Of a stretch of DNA of 64,000 nt, positions 36,991-48,400 are shown one piece after another. Positions within the stretch are counted from its first letter, which is position 1; each line of letters begins with the position of its first letter. A model generated the notes under the pieces. The model had not been told where the DNA came from and made no database searches. It saw nothing but the letters and a program-made list of their open reading frames with translations. Source of the DNA: Eledone cirrhosa. Taxonomy: Eukaryota. The position numbers and the translations under genes were made by a program. Location of the stretch: positions 135,346,001 through 135,410,000 of the forward strand of contig OZ024743.1 in assembly GCA_964016885.1 (NCBI GenBank), read 5' to 3'.

Positions 36991-39488
36991 GTTTGGTGTT
37001 TGGTGCTTGGTGCTTGGTGCTTGGTGTTTGGTGGTTGGGGCTTGGTGCTTGGTGTTTGGTGCTGCGTGCTTGGTGTTTGGCGTTTGGTGCTTGGTGCCTG
37101 GTGCTTGTTGTTTGGTGTTTGGTGCATAGTGCTTGGTGTTTGGTGTTTGGTGCTTGGTGCATGGTGGCTGGTGTTTTGTGCTTGGTGTTTGGTGTTTTGT
37201 GCTTGGTGCTTGGTGCCTGGTGTTTCGTGCTTTGTGCTTGGTGCTTGGTGTTTGGTGTTTGGTGCTTGGTGTTTGGTGTTTGGTACTTGGTGCTTGGTGC
37301 TTGGTGCTTGGTGTTTGGTGCTTGGTGCTTGGTGCTTGGTGTTTGATGCTGCGTGCTTGGTGTTTGGTGTTTGGTGCTTCGTGCTTGGTGTTTGGTGTTT
37401 GGTGCTTGGTGCCTGGTGCTTGTTGTTTGGTGTTTGGTGCTTGGTGCTTGGTGTTTGGTGTTTGGTGCTTGGTGCGTGGGACTTAGTGTTTGGTGTTTTG
37501 TGCTTGGTGTTTGGGGCTTGGTGTTTGGGGCTTAGTGTTCGGTGCTTGGTGCTTGGTGCTTGGTGCTTGGTGCTTGGTGTTTGGTGTTTGGTGCTTGGTG
37601 CTTGGTCCTTGGTGTTTGATGTTGGGTCCTTGGTGCTTGGTGTTTGGTGTTTGGTGCTTGGTGTTTGGTGTTTGGTGCTTGCTGCTTGCTGCTTGTTGTT
37701 TCGTTCTTTGTGATTGGTGCTTGGTGTTTGGTGTTTGGTGCTTGGTGCTTGGTGCTTGGTGTTTGATGTTGGGTCCTTGGTGCTTGGTGTTCGGTGCTTG
37801 GTGCTTGGTGTTTGGTGCTTGGTGCTTGGTGTTTGGTGCTTGGTGCTTGGTGCTTGTTGTTTGGTGCTTGGTGCTTGGTGCTTAGTCTTTGGTGCTTGGT
37901 GTTTGGTGTTTGGTGCTTGGTGCTTGGTGCATGGTGTTTGGTGCTTGGTGCTTGGTGTTTGGTGCTTGGTGCTTGGTGATTAGTGTTTGTTGCTTGGTGC
38001 TTGGGGTTTGGTGGTTGGTGCTTGGTGCTTGGTGTTTGGTGTTTGGTGTTTGGTGTTTGGTGTTTGCTGTTTGGTGTCTGCTTTTTGGCGTATGGTGTTT
38101 GCTGTATGGTGTTTGCTGTTTCGTATTTGGTTTTTGCTGTTTGGTGTTTGGTGTTTGCTGTTTGGTGTTTGTTGTTTGGTGTTTGGTGCTTGGTGCTTGG
38201 TTCTTGGTGTTTGGCGTTTGGTGATTGGGGCTTGGTGTTTGGTGCTTGGTGCTTGGTTTTTGGTGTTTGGTGCTTGGTACCTGGTGCTTGTTGTTTGGTG
38301 TTTGGTGCTTGGTGCTTGGTGCTTGGTGTTTGGTACTTGGTGTCTGGTGTTTGGTGCTTGGTGTTTGGTGTTTGGTGCTTGGTGCTTGGTGTATGGTGTT
38401 TGGTGCTTGGTACTTGGTGTTTGGTGTTTGGTGCTGGGTGCTTGGCGTTTGGTGCTTGGTGCTTGGTGCTTAGTGCTTGGTGTTTGGTGTTTGGTGTTTG
38501 GTGTTTGATGCTTGGTGTGTGCTGCTTGGTGCTTGGTGCTTGGTGTTTTGTGTTTGGTGCTTGGTGCTTGGTGCCTGGTTCTTGGTGCTTGGTGCTTGTT
38601 GTTTGGTGCTTGGTGCTTGGTGATTAGTGTTTGGTGCTTGGTGCTTGGGGTTTGGTGCTTGGTGCTTGGTGTTTGGTGTTTGGTGTTTGGTGCTTGGTGT
38701 CTGGTGTTTGGTGTTTGGTGTTTGGTGCTTGGTGCTTGGTGTTTGGGTTTTGGTGCTTGGTGCTTGGTGTTTGGTGTTTGGTGCTTGGTGTTTGGTGTTT
38801 GGTGCTTGGTGTTTGGTGCTTGGTGCTTGGTGCTTGGTGTTTGGTGCTGGGTGCTTGGTGCTTGGTGTTTCTTGTTTGGTGCTTGGTGCTTGGTGTTTGG
38901 TGTTTGGTGTTTGATGCTTGGAGTTTGATGCTTGTTGCTTGGTGCTTGGTGTTTTGTGTTTGGTGTTTGGTGCTTGGTGTATGTACTTGGTGCTTGGTGC
39001 TTGGTGTTTGGTGCTTGGTTCTTGGTGTTTGGTGATTGGTGCTTGGTGCTTGGTGTTTGGTGCTTGGTGCTTGGTGTTTGGTACTTGGTGCTTGGTGTTT
39101 GGTGTTTGGTGCTTGGAGTTTGGTGCTTGGTGCTTCGTGCTTGGTGCTTGGTGTTATGTGTTTGGTGCTTGGTGCTTGGTGTTTGGTGGTGGTGCTTGGT
39201 GTTTGGTGCTTGGTGCCTGGTGCTTGGTGTTTGGTGCTTGGTGTTTGGTGCTTGGTGTTTGGTGCTTGGTGTTTGGTGATTTGTGCTTGGTGCTTAGTGC
39301 TTGGTGTTTGGTGCTTGGTGCTTGGTGTTTGGTGCTTGGTGCTTTGTGCTTGGTGCTTGGTGTTAGGCGTTTGGTGCTTGGTGCTTGGTGTTTGATGTTT
39401 GGTCCTTGGTGCTTGGTGTTTGGTATTTGGTGCTTGGTGCTTGGTGTTTGGTGTTTGGTGCTTGCTGCTTGCTGCTTGGTGTTTGGTG

Positions 39489-42400
39489 CTTGGTGATTGG
39501 TGCTTGGTGTTTTGTGCTTTTTGCTTGGTGTTTGGTGTTTGGTGCTAGGGTCTTGGTGCTTGGTGCTTGGTGTTTGGTGCTTGGTTCTCGGTGTTTGGTG
39601 TTTGGTGCTTGGTGCGTGGGGCTTGGTGTTTGGTGCTTGGTGTTTGGTGCTTGGTGTTTGGTGCTTGCTGTTTGGTGCTTGGTGCTTGGTGTTTGGTGTT
39701 TGGTGTTTGGTGCTTGGTGCTTGGTGTTTGGTGCTTGGTGCTTGGTGCTTGGTGCTTGGTGCTTGGTCTTTGGTGCTTGGTGCTTGGTGATTAGTGTTTG
39801 GTGATTGGTGCTTGGGGTTTGGTGTTTGGTACTTGGTGTTTGGTGCTTGGTGCTTGCTGTTTTGTGTTTGGTTCTTGGTGCTTGGTGTTTGGTGTTTGGT
39901 GTTTGGTGCTTGGTGCTTGGTGCTTGGTGTTTGGTGCTTGGTGCTTGGTGTTTGGTGCTGCGTGCTTGGTGTTTGGTGTTTGGTGCTTGGTGCTTGGTGC
40001 CTGTGTTTCGTGCTTGGTGCTTGGTGCTTGGTGTTTGGTGTTTGGTGCTTGGTGGTTGGTGTTTGGTACTTGGTGCTTGGTGCTTGGTGCTTGGTGTTTG
40101 ATGCTGTGTGCCTGGTGTTTGGTGTTTGGTGCTTGGTGCTTGGTGTTTGGTGTTTCGTGCTTGGTGCCTGGTGCTTGTTGTTTGGTGTTTGCTGCTTGGT
40201 GCTTGGTGTTTGGTGTTTGGTGCTTGGTGCTTGGTATCTGGTGTTTGGTGCTTGGTGTTTGGTGTTTGGTGCTTGGTGCTTGGTGCTTGGTGTTTGGTGT
40301 TTGGTGCTTCGTGCTTGGTGTTTGGTGCTTGGTGTTTGGTGTTTGGTGTTTGATGCTTGGTGTTTGCTGCTTGGTGCTTGGTGCTTGGTGTTTTGTGTTT
40401 GGTGCTGGGTGCTTGGTGCCTGGTGCTTGGTGCTTGGTGCTTGTTTTTTGGTGCTTGGTGCTTGGTGATTAGTGTTTGGTGCTTGGTGCTTGCGGTTTGG
40501 TGTTTTGTGCTTGGGGTTTGGTGTTTGGTGCTTGGTGCTTGTTGTTTGGTGCTTGGTGCTTGGTGCTTGGTGCTTGGTGTTAGGTGTTTGCTGCTTGGTG
40601 CTTGGTGTTTGATGTTTGGTGCTTGGTGCTTGGTGTTTGGTGTTTGGTGCTTGGTGCTTGGTGTTTGATGTTTGGTCCTTGGTGCTTGTTGGTTGGTGTT
40701 TGGTGCTTGGTGCTTGGTGTTTGGTGTTTGGTGCTCGCTGCTTGGTGCTTGGTGTTTTGTGTTTGGAGTTTGGTGCTTGGTGTTTGGTGCTTCGGTCTTG
40801 GTGCTTGGTGTTTGGTGCTTGGTGCTTGGTGTTTGGTGCTTGGTGCCTGGTGCTTGGTGTTTGGTGCTTGGTGCTTGGTGTTTGGTGCTTATTGTTTGGT
40901 GCTTGGTGCTTGGTGCTTGGTGCTAGGTGTTTGGTGCTTGGTGCTTGGTGTTTGATGTTTGGTGCTTGGTGTTTGGTGCTTGGTGCTTGGTTTTGGTGTT
41001 TGGTGCTTGCTGCTTGCTGCTTGGTGTTTGGTGCTTGGTGATTGGTGCTTGGTGTTTTGTGCTTGGTGCTTGGTGTTTGGTGTTTGTTGCTAGGGGCTTC
41101 GTGCTTGGTGCTTGGTGTTTGGTACTTGGTGCTTGCTGTTTGGTGTTTGATGCTTGGTGCGTGGGACTTAGTGTTTGGTGTTTGGTGCTTGGTGTTTGGT
41201 GCTTGGTGTTTGGGGCTTGGTGTTCGGTGCTTGGTGCTTGCTGCTTGGTGCTTGGTGTTTGGTGTTTGGTGCTTGGTGCTTGGTGTTTGATGTTGGGTCC
41301 TTAGTGCTTCGTGCTTGGTGTTTGGTGCTTGGTGTTTGGTGTTTGGTGCTTGCTGCTTGCTGCTTGTTGTTTCGTTCTTTGTGATTGGTGCTTGGTGCTT
41401 GGTGTTTGGTGCTTGGTGCTTGGTGTTTGGTGTTTGGTGTTTGGTGCTTGGGGCTTGGTGTTTTGTGCTTGGTGCTTGGTGCTTGGTGTTTGGTGTTTGG
41501 TGTTTGGTGCTTGCTGTTTGGTGTTTGGTGTTTGGTGTTTGGTGCTTGGTGCTTGGTGTTTGGTGCTTGGTGCTTGGTTTTTGGTGTTTGGTGCTTGGTA
41601 CCTGGTGCTTGTTGTTTGGTGTTTGGTGCTTGGTGCTTGGTGCTTGGTGTTTGGTGCTTGGTGTCTGGTGCTTGGTGCTTGGTGCTTAGTGCTTGGTGTT
41701 TGGTGTTTGGTGCTTGGTGTTTGGTGTTTGGTGTTTGATGCTTGGTGTGTGCTGCTTGGTGCTTGGTGCTTGGTGTTTTGTGTTTGGTGCTTGGTGCTTG
41801 GTGCTTGGTGCTTGGTGCTTGGTCTTTGGTGCTTGGTGTTTGGTGTTTGGTGCTTGGTGCTTGGTGCATGGTGTTTGGTGCTTGGTGCTTGGTGTTTGGT
41901 GCTTGGTGCTTGGTGATTAGTGTTTGTTGCTTGGTGCTTGGGGTTTGGTGGTTGGTGCTTGGTGCTTGGTGTTTGGTGTTTGGTGTTTGGTGTTTGGTGT
42001 TTGCTGTTTGGTGTCTGCTTTTTGGCGTATGGTGTTTGCTGTATGGTGTTTGCTGTTTCGTATTTGGTTTTTGCTGTTTGGTATTTGGTGTTTGCTGTTT
42101 GGTGTTTGTTGTTTGGTGTTTGGTGCTTGATGCTTGGTTCTTGGTGTTTGGCGTTTGGTGATTGGGGCTTGGTGTTTGGTGCTTGGTGCTTGGTTTTTGG
42201 TGGTTGGTGCTTGGTACCTGGTGCTTGTTGTTTGGTGTTTGGTGCTTGGTGCTTGGTGCTTGGTGTTTGGTGCTTGGTGTCTGGTGTTTGGTGCTTGGTG
42301 TTTGGTGTTTGGTGCTTGGTGCTTGGTGTATGGTGTTTGGTGCTTGGTACTTGGTGTTTGGTGTTTGGTGCTGGGTGCTTGGCGTTTGGTGCTTGGTGCT

Positions 42401-45400
42401 TGGTGCTTAGTGCTTGGTGTTTGGTGTTTGGTGTTTGGTGTTTGATGCTTGGTGTGTGCTGCTTGGTGATTGGTGCTTGGTGTTTTGTGCTTTTTGCTTG
42501 GTGTTTGGTGTTTGGTGCTAGGGTCTTGGTGCTTGGTGCTTGGTGTTTGGTGCTTGGTTCTCGGTGTTTGGTGTTTGGTGCTTGGTGCGTGGGGCTTGGT
42601 GTTTGGTGCTTGGTGTTTGGTGCTTGGTGTTTGGTGCTTGCTGTTTGGTGCTTGGTGCTTGGTGTTTGGTGTTTGGTGTTTGGTGCTTGGTGCTTGGTGT
42701 TTGGTGCTTGGTGCTTGGTGCTTGGTGCTTGGTGCTTGGTCTTTGGTGCTTGGTGCTTGGTGATTAGTGTTTGGTGATTGGTGCTTGGGGTTTGGTGTTT
42801 GGTACTTGGTGTTTGGTGCTTGGTGCTTGCTGTTTTGTGTTTGGTTCTTGGTGCTTGGTGTTTGGTGTTTGGTGTTTGGTGCTTGGTGCTTGGTGCTTGG
42901 TGTTTGGTGCTTGGTGCTTGGTGTTTGGTGCTGCGTGCTTGGTGTTTGGTGTTTGGTGCTTGGTGCTTGGTGCCTGTGTTTCGTGCTTGGTGCTTGGTGC
43001 TTGGTGTTTGGTGTTTGGTGCTTGGTGGTTGGTGTTTGGTACTTGGTGCTTGGTGCTTGGTGCTTGGTGTTTGATGCTGTGTGCCTGGTGTTTGGTGTTT
43101 GGTGCTTGGTGCTTGGTGTTTGGTGTTTCGTGCTTGGTGCCTGGTGCTTGTTGTTTGGTGTTTGCTGCTTGGTGCTTGGTGTTTGGTGTTTGGTGCTTGG
43201 TGCTTGGTATCTGGTGTTTGGTGCTTGGTGTTTGGTGTTTGGTGCTTGGTGCTTGGTGCTTGGTGTTTGGTGTTTGGTGCTTCGTGCTTGGTGTTTGGTG
43301 CTTGGTGTTTGGTGTTTGGTGTTTGATGCTTGGTGTTTGCTGCTTGGTGCTTGGTGCTTGGTGTTTTGTGTTTGGTGCTGGGTGCTTGGTGCCTGGTGCT
43401 TGGTGCTTGGTGCTTGTTTTTTGGTGCTTGGTGCTTGGTGATTAGTGTTTGGTGCTTGGTGCTTGCGGTTTGGTGTTTTGTGCTTGGGGTTTGGTGTTTG
43501 GTGCTTGGTGCTTGTTGTTTGGTGCTTGGTGCTTGGTGCTTGGTGCTTGGTGTTAGGTGTTTGCTGCTTGGTGCTTGGTGTTTGATGTTTGGTGCTTGGT
43601 GCTTGGTGTTTGGTGTTTGGTGCTTGGTGCTTGGTGTTTGATGTTTGGTCCTTGGTGCTTGTTGGTTGGTGTTTGGTGCTTGGTGCTTGGTGTTTGGTGT
43701 TTGGTGCTCGCTGCTTGGTGCTTGGTGTTTTGTGTTTGGAGTTTGGTGCTTGGTGTTTGGTGCTTCGGTCTTGGTGCTTGGTGTTTGGTGCTTGGTGCTT
43801 GGTGTTTGGTGCTTGGTGCCTGGTGCTTGGTGTTTGGTGCTTGGTGCTTGGTGTTTGGTGCTTATTGTTTGGTGCTTGGTGCTTGGTGCTTGGTGCTAGG
43901 TGTTTGGTGCTTGGTGCTTGGTGTTTGATGTTTGGTGCTTGGTGTTTGGTGCTTGGTGCTTGGTTTTGGTGTTTGGTGCTTGCTGCTTGCTGCTTGGTGT
44001 TTGGTGCTTGGTGATTGGTGCTTGGTGTTTTGTGCTTGGTGCTTGGTGTTTGGTGTTTGTTGCTAGGGGCTTCGTGCTTGGTGCTTGGTGTTTGGTACTT
44101 GGTGCTTGCTGTTTGGTGTTTGGTGCTTGGTGCGTGGGACTTAGTGTTTGGTGTTTGGTGCTTGGTGTTTGGTGCTTGGTGTTTGGGGCTTGGTGTTCGG
44201 TGCTTGGTGCTTGCTGCTTGGTGCTTGGTGTTTGGTGTTTGGTGCTTGGTGCTTGGTGTTTGATGTTGGGTCCTTAGTGCTTCGTGCTTGGTGTTTGGTG
44301 CTTGGTGTTTGGTGTTTGGTGCTTGCTGCTTGCTGCTTGTTGTTTCGTTCTTTGTGATTGGTGCTTGGTGCTTGGTGTTTGGTGCTTGGTGCTTGGTGTT
44401 TGGTGTTTGGTGTTTGGTGCTTGGGGCTTGGTGTTTTGTGCTTGGTGCTTGGTGCTTGGTGTTTGGTGTTTGGTGTTTGGTGCTTGCTGTTTGGTGTTTG
44501 GTGTTTGGTGTTTGGTGCTTGGTGCTTGGTGTTTGGTGCTTGGTGCTTGGTTTTTGGTGTTTGGTGCTTGGTACCTGGTGCTTGTTGTTTGGTGTTTGGT
44601 GCTTGGTGCTTGGTGCTTGGTGTTTGGTGCTTGGTGTCTGGTGCTTGGTGCTTGGTGCTTAGTGCTTGGTGTTTGGTGTTTGGTGCTTGGTGTTTGGTGT
44701 TTGGTGTTTGATGCTTGGTGTGTGCTGCTTGGTGCTTGGTGCTTGGTGTTTTGTGTTTGGTGCTTGGTGCTTGGTGCTTGGTGCTTGGTGCTTGGTCTTT
44801 GGTGCTTGGTGTTTGGTGTTTGGTGCTTGGTGCTTGGTGCATGGTGTTTGGTGCTTGGTGCTTGGTGTTTGGTGCTTGGTGCTTGGTGATTAGTGTTTGT
44901 TGCTTGGTGCTTGGGGTTTGGTGGTTGGTGCTTGGTGCTTGGTGTTTGGTGTTTGGTGTTTGGTGTTTGGTGTTTGCTGTTTGGTGTCTGCTTTTTGGCG
45001 TATGGTGTTTGCTGTATGGTGTTTGCTGTTTCGTATTTGGTTTTTGCTGTTTGGTATTTGGTGTTTGCTGTTTGGTGTTTGTTGTTTGGTGTTTGGTGCT
45101 TGATGCTTGGTTCTTGGTGTTTGGCGTTTGGTGATTGGGGCTTGGTGTTTGGTGCTTGGTGCTTGGTTTTTGGTGGTTGGTGCTTGGTACCTGGTGCTTG
45201 TTGTTTGGTGTTTGGTGCTTGGTGCTTGGTGCTTGGTGTTTGGTGCTTGGTGTCTGGTGTTTGGTGCTTGGTGTTTGGTGTTTGGTGCTTGGTGCTTGGT
45301 GTATGGTGTTTGGTGCTTGGTACTTGGTGTTTGGTGTTTGGTGCTGGGTGCTTGGCGTTTGGTGCTTGGTGCTTGGTGCTTAGTGCTTGGTGTTTGGTGT

Positions 45401-45441
45401 TTGGTGTTTGGTGTTTGATGCTTGGTGTGTGCTGCTTGGTG
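39489..45441 (+). repeat. Tandem duplication, unit 2973 bp (junction about 42462-42468)
   Basis: ORFs 39497/42470, 39794/42767, 41168/44141 and 42162/45135. One difference noticed (41150A/44123G). Confidence 0.94.
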
Positions 45442-48400
45442 CTTGGTGCTTGGTGTTTTGTGTTTGGTGCTTGGTGCTTGGTGCCTGGTTCTTGGTGCTT
45501 GGTGCTTGTTGTTTGGTGCTTGGTGCTTGGTGATTAGTGTTTGGTGCTTGGTGCTTGGGGTTTGGTGCTTGGTGCTTGGTGTTTGGTGTTTGGTGTTTGG
45601 TGCTTGGTGTCTGGTGTTTGATGTTTGGTGTTTGGTGCTTGGTGCTTGGTGTTTGGGTTTTGGTGCTTGGTGCTTGGTGTTTGGTGTTTGGTGCTTGGTG
45701 TTTGGTGTTTGGTGCTTGGTGTTTGGTGCTTGGTGCTTGGTGCTTGGTGTTTGGTGCTGGGTGCTTGGTGCTTGGTGTTTCTTGTTTGGTGCTTGGTGCT
45801 TGGTGTTTGGTGTTTGGTGTTTGATGCTTGGTGTTTGATGCTTGTTGCTTGGTGCTTGGTGTTTTGTGTTTGGTGTTTGGTGCTTGGTGTATGTACTTGG
45901 TGCTTGGTTCTTGGTGTTTGGTGATTGGTGCTTGGTGCTTGGTGTTTGGTGCTTGGTGCTTGGTGTTTGGTACTTGGTGCTTGGTGTTTGGTGTTTGGTG
46001 CTTGGAGTTTGGTGCTTGGTGCTTGGTGCTTGGTGCTTGGTGTTATGTGTTTGGTGCTTGGTGCTTGGTGTTTGGTGGTGGTGCTTGGTGTTTGGTGCTT
46101 GGTGCCTGGTGCTTGGTGTTTGGTGCTTGGTGTTTGGTGCTTGGTGTTTGGTGCTTGGTGTTTGGTGATTTGTGCTTGGTGCTTAGTGCTTGGTGTTTGG
46201 TGCTTGGTGCTTGGTGCTTGGTGTTTGGCGTTTGCTGTTTGCTGTTTGGTGTTTGGTGTTTGCTGTTTGGTGTTTGGTGCTTGGTGTTTGGTGCTTGGTG
46301 CTTGCTGTTTGGTGTTTGGTGTTTGGTTCTTGGTGCTTGGTGTTTGGTGTTTGGTGCTTGGTGCTTGGTGCTTGGTGTTTGGTGCTTGGTGCCTGGTGCT
46401 TGGTGTTTGGTGCTTGGTGCTTGGTGTTAGGTGATTGGTGCTTGGTGTTTGGTGCTTGGTGCTTGGTTCTTGGTGTTTGGCGTTTGGTGATTGGGGCTTG
46501 GTGTTTGGTGCTTGGTGCTTGGTTTTTGGTGGTTGGTGCTTGGTACCTGGTGCCTGTTGTTTGGTGTTTGGTGCTTGGTGCTTGGTGCTTGGTGTTTGGT
46601 GCTTGGTGTCTGGTGTTTGGTGCTTGGTGTTTGGTGTTTGGTGCTTGGTGCTTGGTGTATGGTGTTTGGTGCTTGGTACTTGGTGTTTGGTGTTTGGTGC
46701 TGGGTGCTTGGCGTTTGGTGCTTGGTGCTTGGTGCTTAGTGCTTGGTGTTTGGTGTTTGGTGTTTGGTGTTTGATGCTTGGTGTGTGCTGCTTGGTGCTT
46801 GGTGCTTGGTGTTTTGTGTTTGGTGCTTGGTGCTTGGTGCCTGGTTCTTGGTGCTTGGTGCTTGTTGTTTGGTGCTTGGTGCTTGGTGATTAGTGTTTGG
46901 TGCTTGGTGCTTGGGGTTTGGTGCTTGGTGCTTGGTGTTTGGTGTTTGGTGTTTGGTGCTTGGTGTCTGGTGTTTGGTGTTTGGTGTTTGGTGCTTGGTG
47001 CTTGGTGTTTGGGTTTTGGTGCTTGGTGCTTGGTGTTTGGTGTTTGGTGCTTGGTGTTTGGTGTTTGGTGCTTGGTGTTTGGTGCTTGGTGCTTGGTGCT
47101 TGGTGTTTGGTGCTGGGTGCTTGGTGCTTGGTGTTTCTTGTTTGGTGCTTGGTGCTTGGTGTTTGGTGTTTGGTGTTTGATGCTTGGTGTTTGATGCTTG
47201 TTGCTTGGTGCTTGGTGTTTTGTGTTTGGTGTTTGGTGCTTGGTGTATGTACTTGGTGCTTGGTGCTTGGTGTTTGGTGCTTGGTTCTTGGTGTTTGGTG
47301 ATTGGTGCTTGGTGCTTGGTGTTTGGTGCTTGGTGCTTGGTGTTTGGTACTTGGTGCTTGGTGTTTGGTGTTTGGTGCTTGGAGTTTGGTGCTTCGTGCT
47401 TGGTGCTTGGTGCTTGGTGTTATGTGTTTGGTGCTTGGTGCTTGGTGTTTGGTGGTGGTGCTTGGTGTTTGGTGCTTGGTGCCTGGTGATTGGTGTTTGG
47501 TGCTTGGTGTTTGGTGCTTGGTGTTTGGTGCTTGGTGTTTGGTGATTTGTGCTTGGTGCTTAGTGCTTGGTGTTTGGTGCTTGGTGCTTGGTGCTTGGTG
47601 TTTGGCGTTTGCTGTTTGCTGTTTGGTGTTTGGTGTTTGCTGTTTGGTGTTTGGTGCTTGGTGTTTGGTGCTTGGTGCTTGCTGTTTGGTGTTTGGTGTT
47701 TGGTTCTTGGTGCTTGGTGTTTGGTGTTTGGTGCTTGGTGCTTGGTGCTTGGTGTTTGGTGCTTGGTGCCTGGTGCTTGGTGTTTGGTGCTTGGTGCTTG
47801 GTGTTAGGCGTTTGGTGCTTGGTGCTTGGTGTTTGATGTTTGGTCCTTGGTGCTTGGTGTTTGGTATTTGGTGCTTGGTGCTTGGTGTTTGGTGTTTGGT
47901 GCTTGCTGCTTGCTGCTTGGTGTTTGGTGCTTGGTGATTGGTGCCTGGTGTTTTGTGCTTTTTGCTTGGTGTTTGGTGTTTGGTGCTAGGGTCTTGGTGC
48001 TTGGTGCTTGGTGTTTGGTGCTTGGTGCTCGGTGTTTGGTGTTTGGTGCTTGGTGCGTGGGGCTTGGTGTTTGGTGCTTGGTGTTTGGTGCTTGGTGTTT
48101 GGTGCTTGCTGTTTGGTGCTTGGTGCTTGGTGTTTGGTGTTTGGTGTTTGGTGCTTGGTGCTTGGTGTTTGGTGCTTGGTGCTTGGTGCTTGGTGCTTGG
48201 TGCTTGGTCTTTGGTGCTTGGTGCTTGGTGATTAGTGTTTGGTGATTGGTGCTTGGGGTTTGGTGTTTGGTACTTGGTGTTTGGTGCTTGGTGCTTGCTG
48301 TTTGGTGTTTGGTTCTTGGTGCTTGGTGTTTGGTGTTTGGTGTTTGGTGCTTGGTGCTTGGTGCTTGGTGTTTGGTGCTTGGTGCTTGGTGTTTGGTGCT

